Part shown: piece by piece, positions 39,518-53,716 of the stretch | How the letters are laid out: each line of letters begins with the position of its first letter | How positions within the stretch are numbered: the first letter of the stretch is position 1 | From: the human T2T-CHM13v2.0 reference genome, Homo sapiens | Reading direction: 5' to 3' (one strand) | Assembly (NCBI RefSeq): GCF_009914755.1 | Contig: NC_060935.1 | DNA length: 64,000 bases | Notes under the pieces: model-generated | Seen by the model: the letters and a program-made list of their open reading frames with translations, nothing else | What the model was told of the DNA's origin: nothing | Databases searched by the model: none | Position numbers and translations under genes: made by a program

Positions 39518-41776
39518 TTCTTCCATTCTGTGAGTTGCCTGTTTACTGTGATAATTATTTCTTTTGCTGGGCAGAAGCTTTTTAATTTAATTAGTTTTCA
39601 TTTGTTTATTTTTGTTTTTGTTTCATTTGTTTTGGGCCTTTTAATCGTGAATTCTTTGCCTAGGCCAAAGTCCAAAGTTATCGTCTGAATTTTTTATGGT
39701 TTCCAGTCTTAGATTTAAGCCTTTGATCCATCTTGAATTGATTTTTGTATAAAATGAGAGATAGGGATCCAGTTTCATTCTACACGTGGCTACTTTTCCC
39801 AGCACCATTTATTAATGGGTACCCTTTCCCCAATTTATGTTTCTGTATGCTTTGTCAAAGAACAGTTGGCTGTATGTATTTTGCTTTATTTCTGGGTTCT
39901 CTATTCTGTTCCATTGGTCTATGTGCCTACTTTTTTTTTCTTTTTTTTACCAGTACCATGTTGTTTTGGTAACTATAGCCTTGTAGTATAATTTGAAGTC
40001 TGGTAATGTGATGTCCCCAGGTTTTTTTTTTTTAAACTTAGGATTTCTTTGGCTGTTTGGGCTCTTTTTTGACTACATATAATTTTTAGAATTGTTTTTT
40101 CTAATTCTGTGAAAAATGATGTTGGTATTTTGATAGTAATTGCAGTGAATCTGTAGATTGCTTTGGAAAGTATGGTCATTTTCACAATATTGATTCTTCT
40201 AATCCATTAGCATGGGATGTGTTTCCATTTGTTTGTATCTTCTGTGATTTTTTTCACCAGTGTTTGGTAGTTCTCCTTGTAGAGATCTTTCACCTTCTTG
40301 GTTAGGTCTGCTCCTGGGAGCTTATTTTTTTTTAATTTTTTTTTTTTTTTTTTTTGCAGCTGTTGTAAAAGGGATTGAGTTCTTGATTCAATTCTCAGCT
40401 TGGTTGATATTAGTGCATCGCAGTGCTACTGATTTGTGTACATTGATTTTGTAACCCGAGACTTCACTGAATTTGTTTATCAAATCTAGGAGTCCTTTGG
40501 AGGAGTCTTTAGGGTTTTCTACGTATATGATTGTATCATCAGCAAACAGAAACAGTTCAATTTCCTCTTTTTTTAAATTTGGATACCTTTATTTATTTAT
40601 TTCTCTTGCCTGATTGCTCTGGATAGGATTTCCAGTACTATGTTGAATAGAAGTGGTGAAAGTGGTCATCCTTGTCTTGTTCCAGTTCTCAGGCGGAATG
40701 CTTTCAACCTTTCCCCATTCAGTATGATGTTGGCTGTGGGTTTCTCATATATGGCTTTTGCTATTTTGAGGTAAGTCCCTTCTGTGCCTACTTTGTTGAA
40801 GGTTTTTATCATAAAGGAATGCTAGATTTTATTGAATGCGTTTTCTCCATCTATACAGATGATCATATGGTTGTTTTTAATTCTGTTTATGTGGTGTATC
40901 ACATTTATTGACTTGCATATGTTAAACCATCCCTGCATCCCTGGGATGAAACCCACTTGATCATGGGTTATTATCTTTCTGATATACTGTTGGATTAGGC
41001 TAGCTAGTATTTTGTTGAGGATTTCTGCATCTTTGTTCACCAGGAATATTGGTCTGTTCTTTTCTTTCTTTCTTGTGTCTTTTCCTGGTTTTCATATCAG
41101 GATGATAGTGGCTTTGTAGAATGATTTACAAAGAATTTCCTCTTTTTCAGTGTTCTGGAATGATTTCAGTAGGACTGATACCAATTCTTCCTCGAATGTC
41201 TGGTAGAATTCAGCTGTGAATCCATCAGGCTCTGGACTTTTTGTTATTGTTGGCATTTTTTAAAATTACTGATTTAATCTTACTGCTTTTGACTGGTCTG
41301 TTCAGGGTTTCTATTTCTTCCTGATTTAATCTAGAAGGGTTGTATGTTTCCATTTAATCTAGGAGGGTTGTATGTTTCCAGGAATTTATCCATTTCCTCT
41401 AGGTTTTCTGGTTTGTGTGTAATATATATAGGTGTTCATAGTAGTCTTAAATGATCTTTTGTATTTCTGTGGTTGTTGGTTATAATGTCTCCAGTTTCAT
41501 TTCCAAGTGAGCTTATTTGTATCTTCTCTCTTCTTTTCTTGGTTAATCTAACTAATGGCCTGTCAGTTTTGTTTATCTTTTTAAATAACCACTTTTTGTT
41601 TCATTATTTATAAAATCTTTTTCATTATTTCTTTGTTTGTATTAATTTCATTTAGTTCTGCTCTAATATTTGTTATTTCTTTTCTTCTGCTACCTTTAGG
41701 TTTAGTTTGTTCTTGTTTCCCTGGCTCCTTGAGACGTAAGATTAGCTTGTTAATCTGTGATCTTTCAGACTTTTTT

Positions 41777-44664
41777 TAACTTTTATTTTAAGTTCAGGGG
41801 TGCAAGTGCAGGTTTGTTACATAAGTAAACTTGTGTCATGGGGGTTTGTTGTACAGATTATTTCATCAACCAGGAATTAAGCCTGGTACCCATTCGTTGT
41901 TTCTCTTGATCCTCTCCCTTCTCCCACCCTCCATTCTCCAAAAGGTCCCAGTGGGTGTTGTTCCCTCCAACATGTCCATGTATTCTCACCATTTAGCTCC
42001 CACTTAAAAGGGGGAACATGCAGTAGTTTTCTGTTCTTGTGTTACTTTGCTAAGGAGAACAGCCTCCCTCTCTATCCACATCCCTGCAAAGGGCATGATC
42101 TCATTCCCTTTTGGCTGCATGATATTCCATGGTGTATATGTGCCACATTTTCTTTATCCAGTCTATCACTGATGGGCATTTGAATTGACTCCATATCTTT
42201 GCTATTGTGAAAAATGCTGCAGTGAACATACACATGCATATTTGTTTGTAATAGAATGATTTATATTCCTTTGGGTATACACTCAGTAATGGGATTGCTG
42301 GGTCAAATGGTATTTCTGGTTCTAGGTCCTTGAGGAATTGCCACACTGTCTTCCACAATGGTTGAACTAATTTACATTCCCACCAACAGTGTAAAAGTGT
42401 TCCTATTTCTCCACAGCCTCACCAGCACCTGTTGTTGCTTGACTTTTTAATAATCGCCATTCTGACTGGCATGAGATGGTATCTCATTGTGGCTTTGATT
42501 TGCATTTCTCTAATGATCACATGATTGTTGGCTGCATGTATGTCTTCTTTTGGAAAGTGTCTGTCCATGTCCTTTGCCTACTTTTTAATTTTTTTTTGTA
42601 AGTTTAAGTTCCTTATAGATGATGGATGCTAGATCTTTGTTGGATGCATAGTTTGCCAGAATTTTCTCCCATTCTGTAGGTTGTCTGTTTACTTCTGTTA
42701 ATAGTTTCTTTTGTTGTGCAGAGCTCTTTAGTTTAATTAGATCCCATTTGTCAATTTTTGCTTTTGTTGTGATTGCTTTTGGTGTCTCCATCATGAAAAC
42801 TTTGCCCATTCCTATGTCCTGAATAATATTGCCTGGGTTGTCTTCCAGGGTTTTTATAGTTTTGGGTTTTACATTTAAGTCTCTAATACATCTTAAATTA
42901 ACTTTTATATATGGTGCAAAGAATGGAGTCATTTCAATCTTCTGCATATAGCTAACCAGTTATCCCTGCAACATTTATTAAACAGGGAGCCTTTCCCCAT
43001 TGTCTGTCAGGTTTGTCAAAGATCAGATAGCTGTAGGTCTATGGTCTTATTTCTGGGGTCTCTATTCTGTTCTGTTGGTCTATATGTCCATTCTTGTACC
43101 AGTACCCTGCTGTTTTGGTTACTGTAAACTTGTAGTATAGTTTGAAGTCAGGTAGTGTGATGCCTCCAGCTCTGTTCTTTTTGTTTACAATTGCCTTGTC
43201 TATTCAGGCCCTTTTTTGGTTTCATACAGACTTCTAGTTTTCTCTAGTTCAGTGTATGGCCATTTTAATGATATTGATTCTTCCTATCCATGAGCATGGA
43301 ATGTTTGTCCATTTGTTTGTGTCATCTTTGATTTGGAGACAGAGTCTCACTCTGTTGCCTAGGCCGGAGAGCAGTGGCACCATCTCCTGGCTCATTGCAA
43401 CTTCTGCCTCCTGGTTCCAAGCAATTCTCCTGCCTCAGCCTCCCAAGTAGCTGGGATTATAGGCGTGCACCACCACCCCTGACAAATTTTTGAACTTTTA
43501 GCAGAGATGGGGTTTCGCCATGTTGGCCAGGCTGGTCTCAAACTCCTGACCTCAGATAATCTGCCTGCCTTGGCCTCCCAAAGTGCTGGGATTACAGGCA
43601 TGAGCCACCATGCCCAGACCATCTCTGATATCTTTGAGCAGTGGTGTGTAGTTCTCCTTGTAGAGATCTTTCACTTCCCTAGTTAGCTGTATTCCCAGGC
43701 ATTTTAATCTTTTTGTGGCAGTTGTGAATAGGAGTTTGTTTCTGATTTTGCTCTTGGCTTGACTGTCATTCGTATATAGAAATGCATAAATTTTGCACAA
43801 TGATTTTGTATCCTGAGACTTTGCTGAAGATGCTTATCAGTGTAAGAAGCTTTTGGGCTGAACCTATGGGGTTTTCTAGATATAGGACCATGTCATCTGC
43901 AAATAAGGATAGTTAGACTTCTTTTCTTCCTATTTGAACGCCCTTTATTTCTTTCTCTTGTCTTATTTTCCTGGCCAGAACTTCCAACACTATTTTGAAT
44001 AGGAGTGTTAAGAGAGGGTATCCCTATCTTGTGCTGGTTTTCAAGAAGAATGCTTCCAGCTTTTGCCCATTTAGTATAATGTCAGCTGTGGATTTGTCAT
44101 AGATGGCTCTTATTATTTTGAGGTATGTTCCCTTAATACCTAACTTATGGAGAGTCTTTAATATGAATGGATGTTGAAATTATCAAAAGCCTTTTCTGCA
44201 TTTATTGAGATAATATGGTTTTTGTCTTTAGTTCTGTTTATGTGATGAATCACATTTATTGATTTGAGTATGATGAACCAAACCTTGCATCCTGGGGATG
44301 AAGCCTAGTTGATTGTGGTGGTTAAGCTTTTTGATGTGCTGCTGCTGAATTCAGTTTGCCAGTATTTTGTTCAGAATTTTTGCATCAAAAGTTATCAAGG
44401 ATATTGGCCTTTATTTGTTGCACCTCTGCAAGGTTTTGGTATCAGGATAATTCTGGCCTCATAGAATGAGTTAGGGAGGAGTCCCTCCTCCTCAATTTTT
44501 ACGAATAATTTCAGTAGAAATGGTACCAGTTCTTTTTCGTAGATCTGGTAGAATCTAGTTGTGTGGTTGTTAATTTCTCTGGTACTGCGCTTTTTTTTCT
44601 TTTTTTTTTTTTTTTTGGTTGGTAGGCTATTTATTAGTGCCTCAATTTCAGAACTCATTATTGG
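41777..44664 (-). mobile_element. ~2.9-kb 5'-truncated L1PA inserted in the older L1
   Basis: New 3' UTR starts mid-ORF2 of the host; TSD ctttca(g/c)acttttt at 41762 and 44665. Confidence 0.88.
43333..43619 (-). mobile_element. AluS nested in L1PA, tail almost absent
   Basis: Two-arm Alu; TSD catct(t/c)tgat at 43323 and 43620. Confidence 0.92.
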
Positions 44665-46824
44665 CTTTCACACTTTTTTATGTAGGCATTTAGTGCTATA
44701 AACTTTCCTCTTAGCATTGCTTTGGTTGTATCCCAAAGGTTTTGATAACTTGTGTCATGATTATCATTCTTTGTAAAGAATTTTTTAATTTCCATCTTGA
44801 TTTCATTGTGAATCCAAAAATCATTCAGGAGCAGATTATTTAATTTCCATGTATTTGTATAGTTTTAAGGGTTCCTTGTGGAACTGATTTCTAGTTTTGT
44901 ACCACTGTGTTCTGAGAAGATAGTTGATATAATTTTAATTCTTTTAAACTTACTGAGACTTGTTTTGGGGCCTATCATATGCTCTATCTTGGGTAATGTT
45001 TCATGTGCTGAGGAGAAGAATGTATATTCTGCAGTTCTTGGGTAAAATGTTGATTAAAAATCTGTTATGTTGACTCGTTCCAGATTGCAGTTTAAGTCCA
45101 TTGTTTCTTTGCTGTTGACTTTCCATCTCAATGGTCTGTCTGGTGCTGTCAGTAGAGTGTTAAAGTCCTCTACTACTATTGTGTTGCTATTTATCTTATT
45201 TCCTGGGTCTAGTAGTAATTGTTTAATGAATCTTGGAGCTCCAGTGTTAGGTACGCATAATTAGGATAATACCTTCATGTTAGATTGATCGTTTTATCAT
45301 TATATTATGACCAAATCCTTGTCTTTTTTTTACTATTGTTGCCTTAAACTCTGTTTTATCTGATATAAGAATAGCTACTTCTGCTCACTTTTGGTTTTTG
45401 TTTGTAATAGACATTAGCATTACTTGTGAAAAATGGTACATGACTGATGAGCAAAAGCAATTTTCATGGAATGAATTTGCACCTGTTTTACACTATTATC
45501 TTAATATATAAGGTGGCTTCAATTTCAGGGTCAAAATCTCACCACTTTTTTGGAAAAATACCCACAAGCAAGGCTTTGGATGAGGTGAAAAGATGCTTTC
45601 CATATCTTCATTTGACAGGAAATTTTTCAGCTGCCTTTTTTTGAAGTCAAGTGTGAAAGCAGCAAGTCCTGTTTTAAATCCCATATGCCCCAACTCACCA
45701 TTCACCAACTTAATCCTTCTACTACTCTTTCCAAAATCCAGATCCCAGTCAAGATCAGCTGTCTTAATCAAGTGTGAAAAACATTTCAATCTACACTCAT
45801 CTTTCTTCTCTCAATGTCTAGAGGACTTACTTCTAAGGTTAATTTTGTTTTTAGTAAAATAAGATAAACACTTAAAAGTTTTAAGTGAAAGCACATTAGT
45901 ACTCTTTAAAGATTGAATGTCCTTGGAGGCAAAAACACTATTTAAACATTTTACTTTTGTACTTTGAGCTAGACACAATGGATGCATTCCAAAAACATGC
46001 TGACATGGTCTTCCTCATCTGAGAGGCCCACAGAGCACTGCCTCAGTGATGAGTTTACATAATTCTTAATATTTTTCCAACATTCATTACTTCCTAAAAA
46101 TAAATACCAAAAGGATGAGTACTGCATTAAAGCAAAATGCATTTGTTTCACAAATAGACAAGTTCATACTACATATCTAATTGTTTTCCTTCATTCTAAC
46201 CAAATAAAAATTCCAAGCATCTTAGACTCACATACCTGGATCTGAGAAAACAACATATTTTCCAATTTTCCTTCGAATTGCTGAAATATTTCCAAAATAT
46301 GTAAGAAAATGCAAAAACAACAGTTAGAAAAACATATGTACCAAGAAAATGTTATTTTGGGAAAACTATCAGGCATCACAAATATCTTTTGGGTTTTCAT
46401 TTGCTCATGGGTCATGCATGACTAATAACCTGTCAAACTGTCCTGAGAAAAATGTTGGGGATAATAGTGATGCAGAGGTAGCAATATTCCCCAGTATGCA
46501 GGTGGTGCTGGCCAAGGGGATAGATCTGCACAATGCACATGAAAAGAAAATATGAGATATGCGTAAAACGTGTTTACGTTAAAAAGCCAATTGGCTTTTT
46601 AACAAGAAGCAGCAATTAGTACATCTTCAAGGCAAGAGTGAAGGAAGGAATAAAATGCTATTTTTTGAGTTTCTTAGCTTATTATCAAGGGCTTCCCAAT
46701 CCAAAGAGAGGAGGACGTATTATCTAAATTAATAAAGTAATTTACATTTTGGGGAATAGAATCAAAATCCCCATCATGCTATGCCTTGTAAATAAATTCC
46801 TGTGTGCTCATAAACCTTTTCACT

Positions 46825-47074
46825 TTTTTCTTGTTAGAGACAGAGTCTCGCTCTGTCACCCAGCTTAGAGTGCAGTGGCACAATCTTAGCTCACTGTAAC
46901 CTCAAATTCCTGGACTCAAGCAATCCTCTCGCCTCAACTTCCAGAGTAGCTGGGACTACAGCCACATGCCACCACATCTGGCTAAGGCTAGCCTCAAACT
47001 TCTGGCCTCAAGAAATCCTCCCACCCCAACCTCCAAAGTGCTGGGATTATAGGCATGAGCCACCTAGCCTGGCC
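46825..47074 (-). mobile_element. AluJ with internal deletion
   Basis: gagacagagtctcgctctgtcacc...; the middle A-rich linker is missing (ctggctaaggctagcc). Confidence 0.85.
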
Positions 47075-48029
47075 CACATTATTTTTTTAATCTGACAGTT
47101 TGAATTTACATGAAAAACACTATTCATGTTTTTATGTGATGAAGGATCCTCAAAATAATGTTCTCCCCCTGAGAACATATACAGAGACTTCAAATATCAC
47201 CCAGAAAAACTGAGCCAATGAGAAGAATGAAATGATTAGCTGGTATTATGGGTTATTTGGGTTTTTTCCTGATTTTTCTGGCAAAGATTTGTAGTTTTTT
47301 CATCTTCTTTATAGTCTTTGTTATATGGGTTCTCCAGTAGGCCTTTAGTAGTTTCAATTATTTGTGTTATTTATGCTTAAAGCATAGCTTAATAAAAATG
47401 GCCTACAGTTTTAAGTAACTCTGAAATTAAACTGAGCCAAACAATCATCTTTTCCATAAAATTGTTCTACCTAAGATCAGTGAAGACCCCCAGTTATCAA
47501 ATAAAAGGGCTTTCAATCACAGTCATGTTGATGGTACTAACAGTCAAAATGGTTTTCTTTCTAAGCTTCTATAGCAACGTTCTCTGCCAATTCTCTAACA
47601 GCTTCTGCTCTGGCCTCCTTCCAATTATCTTCAGAGGTTCCTCTTATTCTACCTGTCCCTTATGTTATTGTCTACTCCATTTCAAATGGAGATAGAACTT
47701 TTAAAAAACTTTATGTGTAGGAAAAAATGCTAGAAGAATCCATACAAAAGCATTTTAATAATGGTTATGTTTAGATATATAAGTAATTTTTTCTATCTTT
47801 TTCTATCTCAAATTTTCTTTACTGAAAAAATAAAATAACTATGATGAAAAAAGTTTTAAGAAAGAAAACGCATGGAATTTCCCAAAGTTCTATGCTTAAT
47901 GCTTTTCACATTTTACTAGTTTATATGCTCCTTGAGCACTCTTCTCCTCTGGTGTCAAATCTGCACCAATAAATTCTGAGTCTACACAGGTTGTCTCTCT
48001 CTTTCCAAAAAGTATGTTCAGAAGTTGAA

Positions 48030-49060
48030 TGTCTTTGCAGCAACATGGAGGAGCCTGGAGGATGTATTAGTCAGGGTTCTCTAGAGGAACAGAACTAATA
48101 GGATAGATATATATATGAAGGGGAGTTTATTAAGGAGTATTAACTCACACAATCACAAGGTGAAGTCCCACAATAGGCCATCTGCAAGTTGAGGAACAAG
48201 GAAGTCAGTGGGAGATTAGTCTGAGTCCCAAAACCTCAAAGTAGGGAAGCCAACAGTGCAGCTTTCAGTCTGTGGCCGAAGGGCCAAGAGCCCCTGGCAA
48301 ACCACTGGTGTAAGGCCAAAAGTCCAGAAGCTGAAGAACTTGGAGTTCGAGGGCAGGAAGCATCCAGCACAGGAGAAAAATGAAGGCCGGAAGACTCAGC
48401 AAGTCTGCACTTTCCAACTTCTTCTGCCTGCTTTATTCTATCGGCACTGGCAGCTGATTAGATGCTGCCCACCCACACTGAGGGTGGGTCTGCCTCTCCC
48501 AGTCCACTGACATGAATGTTAATCTCCTTTGGCAACACCCTCACAGACACACCCAGGAACAATACTTTGCATCCTTCAATCCAATCAAGCTGACACTCAA
48601 TATTAACCATTACTGAGAACACTATGTTAAGTGAAATAAGCCAGGCACAGAAAGAAAAATACCAAATGTTCTCACTCATATGTGGAAGCTAAAAAATTTT
48701 TATCTCAGAAATAGAGAGTAGAATAATGCTTGGTAGAGACTGGGAAAGGAGGCGAGGGGAAAGGAATTGGTTAATGGATGCAAAAGTACAGCTAGATAAA
48801 AAGAGTAAGTTATTTAACAGTGTATAACAGTGTTCTATAAGATTGTAGAGTGACTGTAATTAACAACTTACTGTGTATTTTCAAATAGTTAGAAGAGAGG
48901 ATTTTTAATGTTTCCAATACAAAGAAATAGTAAATATTTGAGGTGATGGGTATGCTACTTACCATATTTGATTATTACTTATGGTATACATGTATTGAAG
49001 TATCATACCCACATAAATATGTACAATTATTATGCATCAATTAAAAATAATAAAAGCAAA
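48030..49060 (+). mobile_element. L1MA 3' end interrupted by MLT2A2
   Basis: gcagcaacatggaggagcctggagga|cactatgttaagtgaaataagccaggcacag continues across the LTR. Confidence 0.8.
48063..48614 (-). mobile_element. MLT2A2 (HERV-L) solo LTR
   Basis: tgtattagtcagggttctctagagg...tgacactcaatattaaccat; MLT2A2-type insert gtagggaagccaacagtgcagc; TSD gagga/gagaa. Confidence 0.88.
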
Positions 49061-49322
49061 GAATAAAATTGAATGTCTAAAAGGTAAATAAAAGACACAT
49101 ATGTTAAGAAAAGTTTACACTTCCAAGAAGCTAATATTCATTACCCAAACTCTATATACGATACTTTTCAGATTTGCAATTTATCCTAAGAACTAAGGAA
49201 ATCGGGGGGGGCATCTCCCCTCCTCCTACGTGGGTCTATTCATAGGTCATAGGGGCCATATCAGAATAGCTCCATTTTAATGTCCATGGGCACCTAAAAG
49301 ATTCCAAAATGAATTCACAACC

Positions 49323-49502
49323 AAAGAAGAAGAGGAAGAAGGAGAAAGGAGGAAGAAGGATGAAAGAGGAGGGAGGAAGAAGGATGATGGAGGAGGGAGG
49401 AGAAGGAGAAAAAGAAGTAGCAGGAGGAGGAAGAAGAGAGGAAGGAAGGAAGGAAGGAAGGAAGGAAGGAAGGAAGGAAGGAAGGAAGGAAGGAAGGAAG
49501 GG
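49323..49502. repeat. Polypurine tract ending in a perfect (GGAA)15 microsatellite (49440-49499)
   Basis: Directly visible. Confidence 0.95.
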
Positions 49503-50885
49503 AGTCCCCCATAGTTTTACTCTAGCTAAATAACATCTATTCTGGTGAATTATAGAAGGCAAGAGCTGAGAGAGAAGTAGAGAGTCTAGGATAACTCTCA
49601 GATCCCAAATTTATGCAGCATGCTGTCAATTCTACTTCCTAAACATGTCCATCCTCCCCTCCATCCTCATTGATTTACCTAGGTTCAGACATTCATCATT
49701 TCCTAATTGGACTGCTGAACTTGGCAGTTCAAATTTTTAGTTTGTCGACTGACCTCCACACAATTCAAGCTCAGCATTGTTTTGGGTGATATATTCTATA
49801 ATATAAATATGTTGAATGGTTGGAATTCAATAAATATTTGTTAAGTGCTTGAATAAATAATCAAAATTAGATAAATCACTACCTTTAAACTCAGAATGTG
49901 TATAACAAACCTGGAGAAATACAGACAGACAAACTAATCTGGTTTTTCCATCTACACCATTGTATGCTTATAACATTTTTCTTAATTTGTAAAATAATTC
50001 TGTTACACTAAAATATTTTATATTTACATTTCAAATTTTAAAAGTTTTATATTTTAGCTAAGCTTTTTAACAAATTGGCACTTGGGAAAATAACACTATA
50101 TGTCATGTCATACTAATATATTTAGTTGTTGTGGTTTAATGAGGAAAAAATATTGGCAGACTTAATACGTAATCTAGGAATTGGCACCAAGTCATGACTA
50201 CATCATGTTACAGGGTATGAAAAAAAGTTCCATTGTGACTTATTTTAAGAAAAGAGTTGGAAGAATTGAGTTTCCATGTGGTTCCTGGTAGCAAAGATTT
50301 CTGAACACAAAGGTACCAGCACCATAGCACTCAGTGCCATAATCACTTTGAGGAGCTGCTTATATAAATCCTGTCTTGTTCAAAACAACTTACAATTAAC
50401 TATTCAAGGGAAAGTGTACCCTAAAGGGTTAAGAAAAGAAAATATTAAATTTTCTTTTATGTTTGGGGTGTTTTGTTTGCTATGTAATATTAAATTGATT
50501 GACCCAACAAAATAATGGAGCAGTAGCCAAAACCTAGCTAAAAAAAATGATAACAATGATGACACTGATAATGATGGTGACTCTAAGGATGGTCAATCGA
50601 GGTAAAAATAAAAAGAATAAATTAACAAATAAACAAATATATTGATAGATTAATAATAGAAAGATATACCTGCTGATATTTAACTCAAACTAGCAATTCA
50701 GTTTCACCCACCACCACCTATTGCTTCAAATTCCTATGATGAATTCGACTTTTATAAGGCTTGTAGTTTTGTTTTTTATTTAGTTTATAAGTTTGTCTTC
50801 ATTTGACAGTAATAAAAGAGGTCAGGCATGAAGGGATTATAACTAGTTTCACATCTGTACATATTTAAGAAATATCATAATATTC

Positions 50886-50956
50886 TTTTTTTATTACTAT
50901 ACTTTAAGTTCTAGGGTACATGTGCACAACGTGCAGGTTTGTTACATATGTATACT
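50886..50956 (-). mobile_element. L1PA terminal 3' fragment (~70 bp)
   Basis: tatactttaagttctagggtacatgtgcacaacgtgcaggtttgttacatatgtatac. Confidence 0.85.
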
Positions 50957-51013
50957 TTAAATCATCACTGGAAATCCATGAAATATATTTCCCTGTAAAT
51001 GGTATTTCAGTAA

Positions 51014-51295
<282 letters not shown>

Positions 51296-53379
51296 GAAAC
51301 ATTGATTTTTAGGTAGGAGAAAGTCGAAGTATTTGGCATGGTATAAATGATTACAAAATCTACTTCTACCTATCCCTCCAACTTCACTTCTGCCACTTAC
51401 TTCTCTAACCTAGACCACTACGCAACACTACTTGCAGTCTCTGAGCATGTTGATTGTCTCGTTATTCCCATCTTTAACAACAGAACCTTAGGAAACCTCC
51501 TAAACTTCCAAAATTACTTAGTGCTCTTCCATCCCTTCACCCTCTTTCACACATACGGTGTGAAACTCCCAGCTAAAAAGTCCCTCACTCATTCACAGTC
51601 CTTGCCCTCCAAGAGCAAATTCTCTTCCAGGGAGAAGCCAGTTCAAATGAGTAAGGAAGAGCATTCTAGATCTAGGAAGCATGATTTTGTGATGAATGAT
51701 TTTGACCAAAGACTAAAAGAAAGGACCAAAAGAGGGATGAGAAAAGCAATGAGGGGGAGAGGAGACAGATCTACAAGATCTGCTGATGGATCACATGTTC
51801 ATGGTGAAAGCCTGGAAGGAGTTTGAAAGAGTGAGTGAGCAGCAACATTTTTAATTCAGAAGGAAAAGAATGGAAAAACATGAGTTCCCTTTTGCCCCCA
51901 CCCTCACCACCTGAGTTTAATTTCTCTTCCTTCAAGTTCTTATCCTCATATACAGCACCTTATATTTACTACTTTCAGAACACTTAAAACCTTGTCCTGT
52001 GGTTATTGACATAATATTCCACTCCACTCCCACTGTACTCTAGGTCCCTGAAGCGGAGGAACAGCCTTTTATTCTGTCTTGTGTCAGACTTTAGAGCTGT
52101 TCAAGCAGGAGTACAACCATGAGGAAAAGAGGCAGGGTAAGCACAGTGCAGTGGGAGGGACACAAAAGAAAAAAGTTTTGCAGTGATTACCACATCTTCT
52201 GTTTGCCTATTTGGTGACTATATCTACCAAGATTAGTTAGAATGATGTTTTAAAATACATTCTCATTAATGTTTTGACTAGCTCTGAAGATGCGGCTGGT
52301 TTTCTGGCAAGTTGAAAACCTAACCTGCTGACATTGTCATTTGCATTTCTGTGGTGGCTCCCATGAGTTTTTTTTTTTTTTTTTCCATCTGAAAGGTTTT
52401 TACCCCTACAGTTATCTAAAGATAACTAGTAATGATTTTTGAAAACTGAGGGATTAAAAAGGGTCTGCAGAGTTAGTGACAGAGCATTAGCTGTTCCTCG
52501 TAGTAACAGAGTTACAGAAAATATTTAGCAACAGAAGGTTTGTGGCTGAATCTATAACAGAGGATTATCTTTACAAAGGATCATACTCGCTAATTATTAT
52601 TTTTACAATAAAAGTAAGGAAAGCAGTTATCAAACCTGACTATCATGGAAAGGTCATCTCCAATTCAGACCACACTGAGTGACCTTTGTATTAACAGCAC
52701 ATTAGTAAAGGAGGAGAAAAAGTCACGCTGGTGGGAGGACAGTCTCACTGTATGGCGTGTGGCCTTTAAAATGACTAACCCACTGGAGCCTGACACAGTC
52801 TGAATCAGTTAATCCACAAAGCAAAATATAGAACTTACATTTTAGGTCAAGCTGTTGCCCAAGCTTGTGAACCAGATACAGCTCAACTCCTCACACTTGC
52901 TTCTCTGAATAAAATGTAATGGAAGGGCCAAGGAATGGACATTCTGAGGTACAAAAATTGTAGGATAGACGCTCATGCGGTTAATGATTCTTGCCACATT
53001 TCAGACTGGAAGATAGCGCTCCGTCTTTGACCTTGGAGACAATCCTTAAATATGTGCTTGCATCATGTGCTAAACATGGTGAAGAATTACCAATTTGTAA
53101 ATTTCCTGAATTGAGCCAACAGATGAAACTGTACAAACAGGCTAGAGCTTCCAGAGCTAAGATGACAAACTCTTTGAAAAACAAGGAGAAATGGAAAATA
53201 AGATGAATGACCATCAATGGACAGTTGGCAACTGCAGATGGAAAAATGAGAGGGCAACATTTACATGATGAGGCTAAGCTGCTCTCAAAAACTATTAGAC
53301 TTTAAGATAAGGATTTCAAGTATATGGTAAGAATCACAATATCCTTGACACAGGGCTCATTGTCTAAATATTTTAATAG

Positions 53380-53716
<337 letters not shown>

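Larger units (their letters stand above)
37220..45405 (-). mobile_element. L1PB-like LINE (ORF2 remnants), host of nested THE1 and L1PA insertions
   Basis: ORF2 peptides ([37 protein letters not shown]) are collinear across the inserts. Confidence 0.85.

Noticed and set aside
45447-46555. ORFs in unique AT-rich DNA right of the L1
   Set aside because: No recognisable homology or consistent reading frame.
49236-49562. Low-complexity ORFs (FLPS and EGRK repeats)
   Set aside because: Translations of the GGAA microsatellite.
51347-51826. 159-aa ORF
   Set aside because: No recognisable domain; composition follows pyrimidine-rich then purine-rich patches, partly L2-like.
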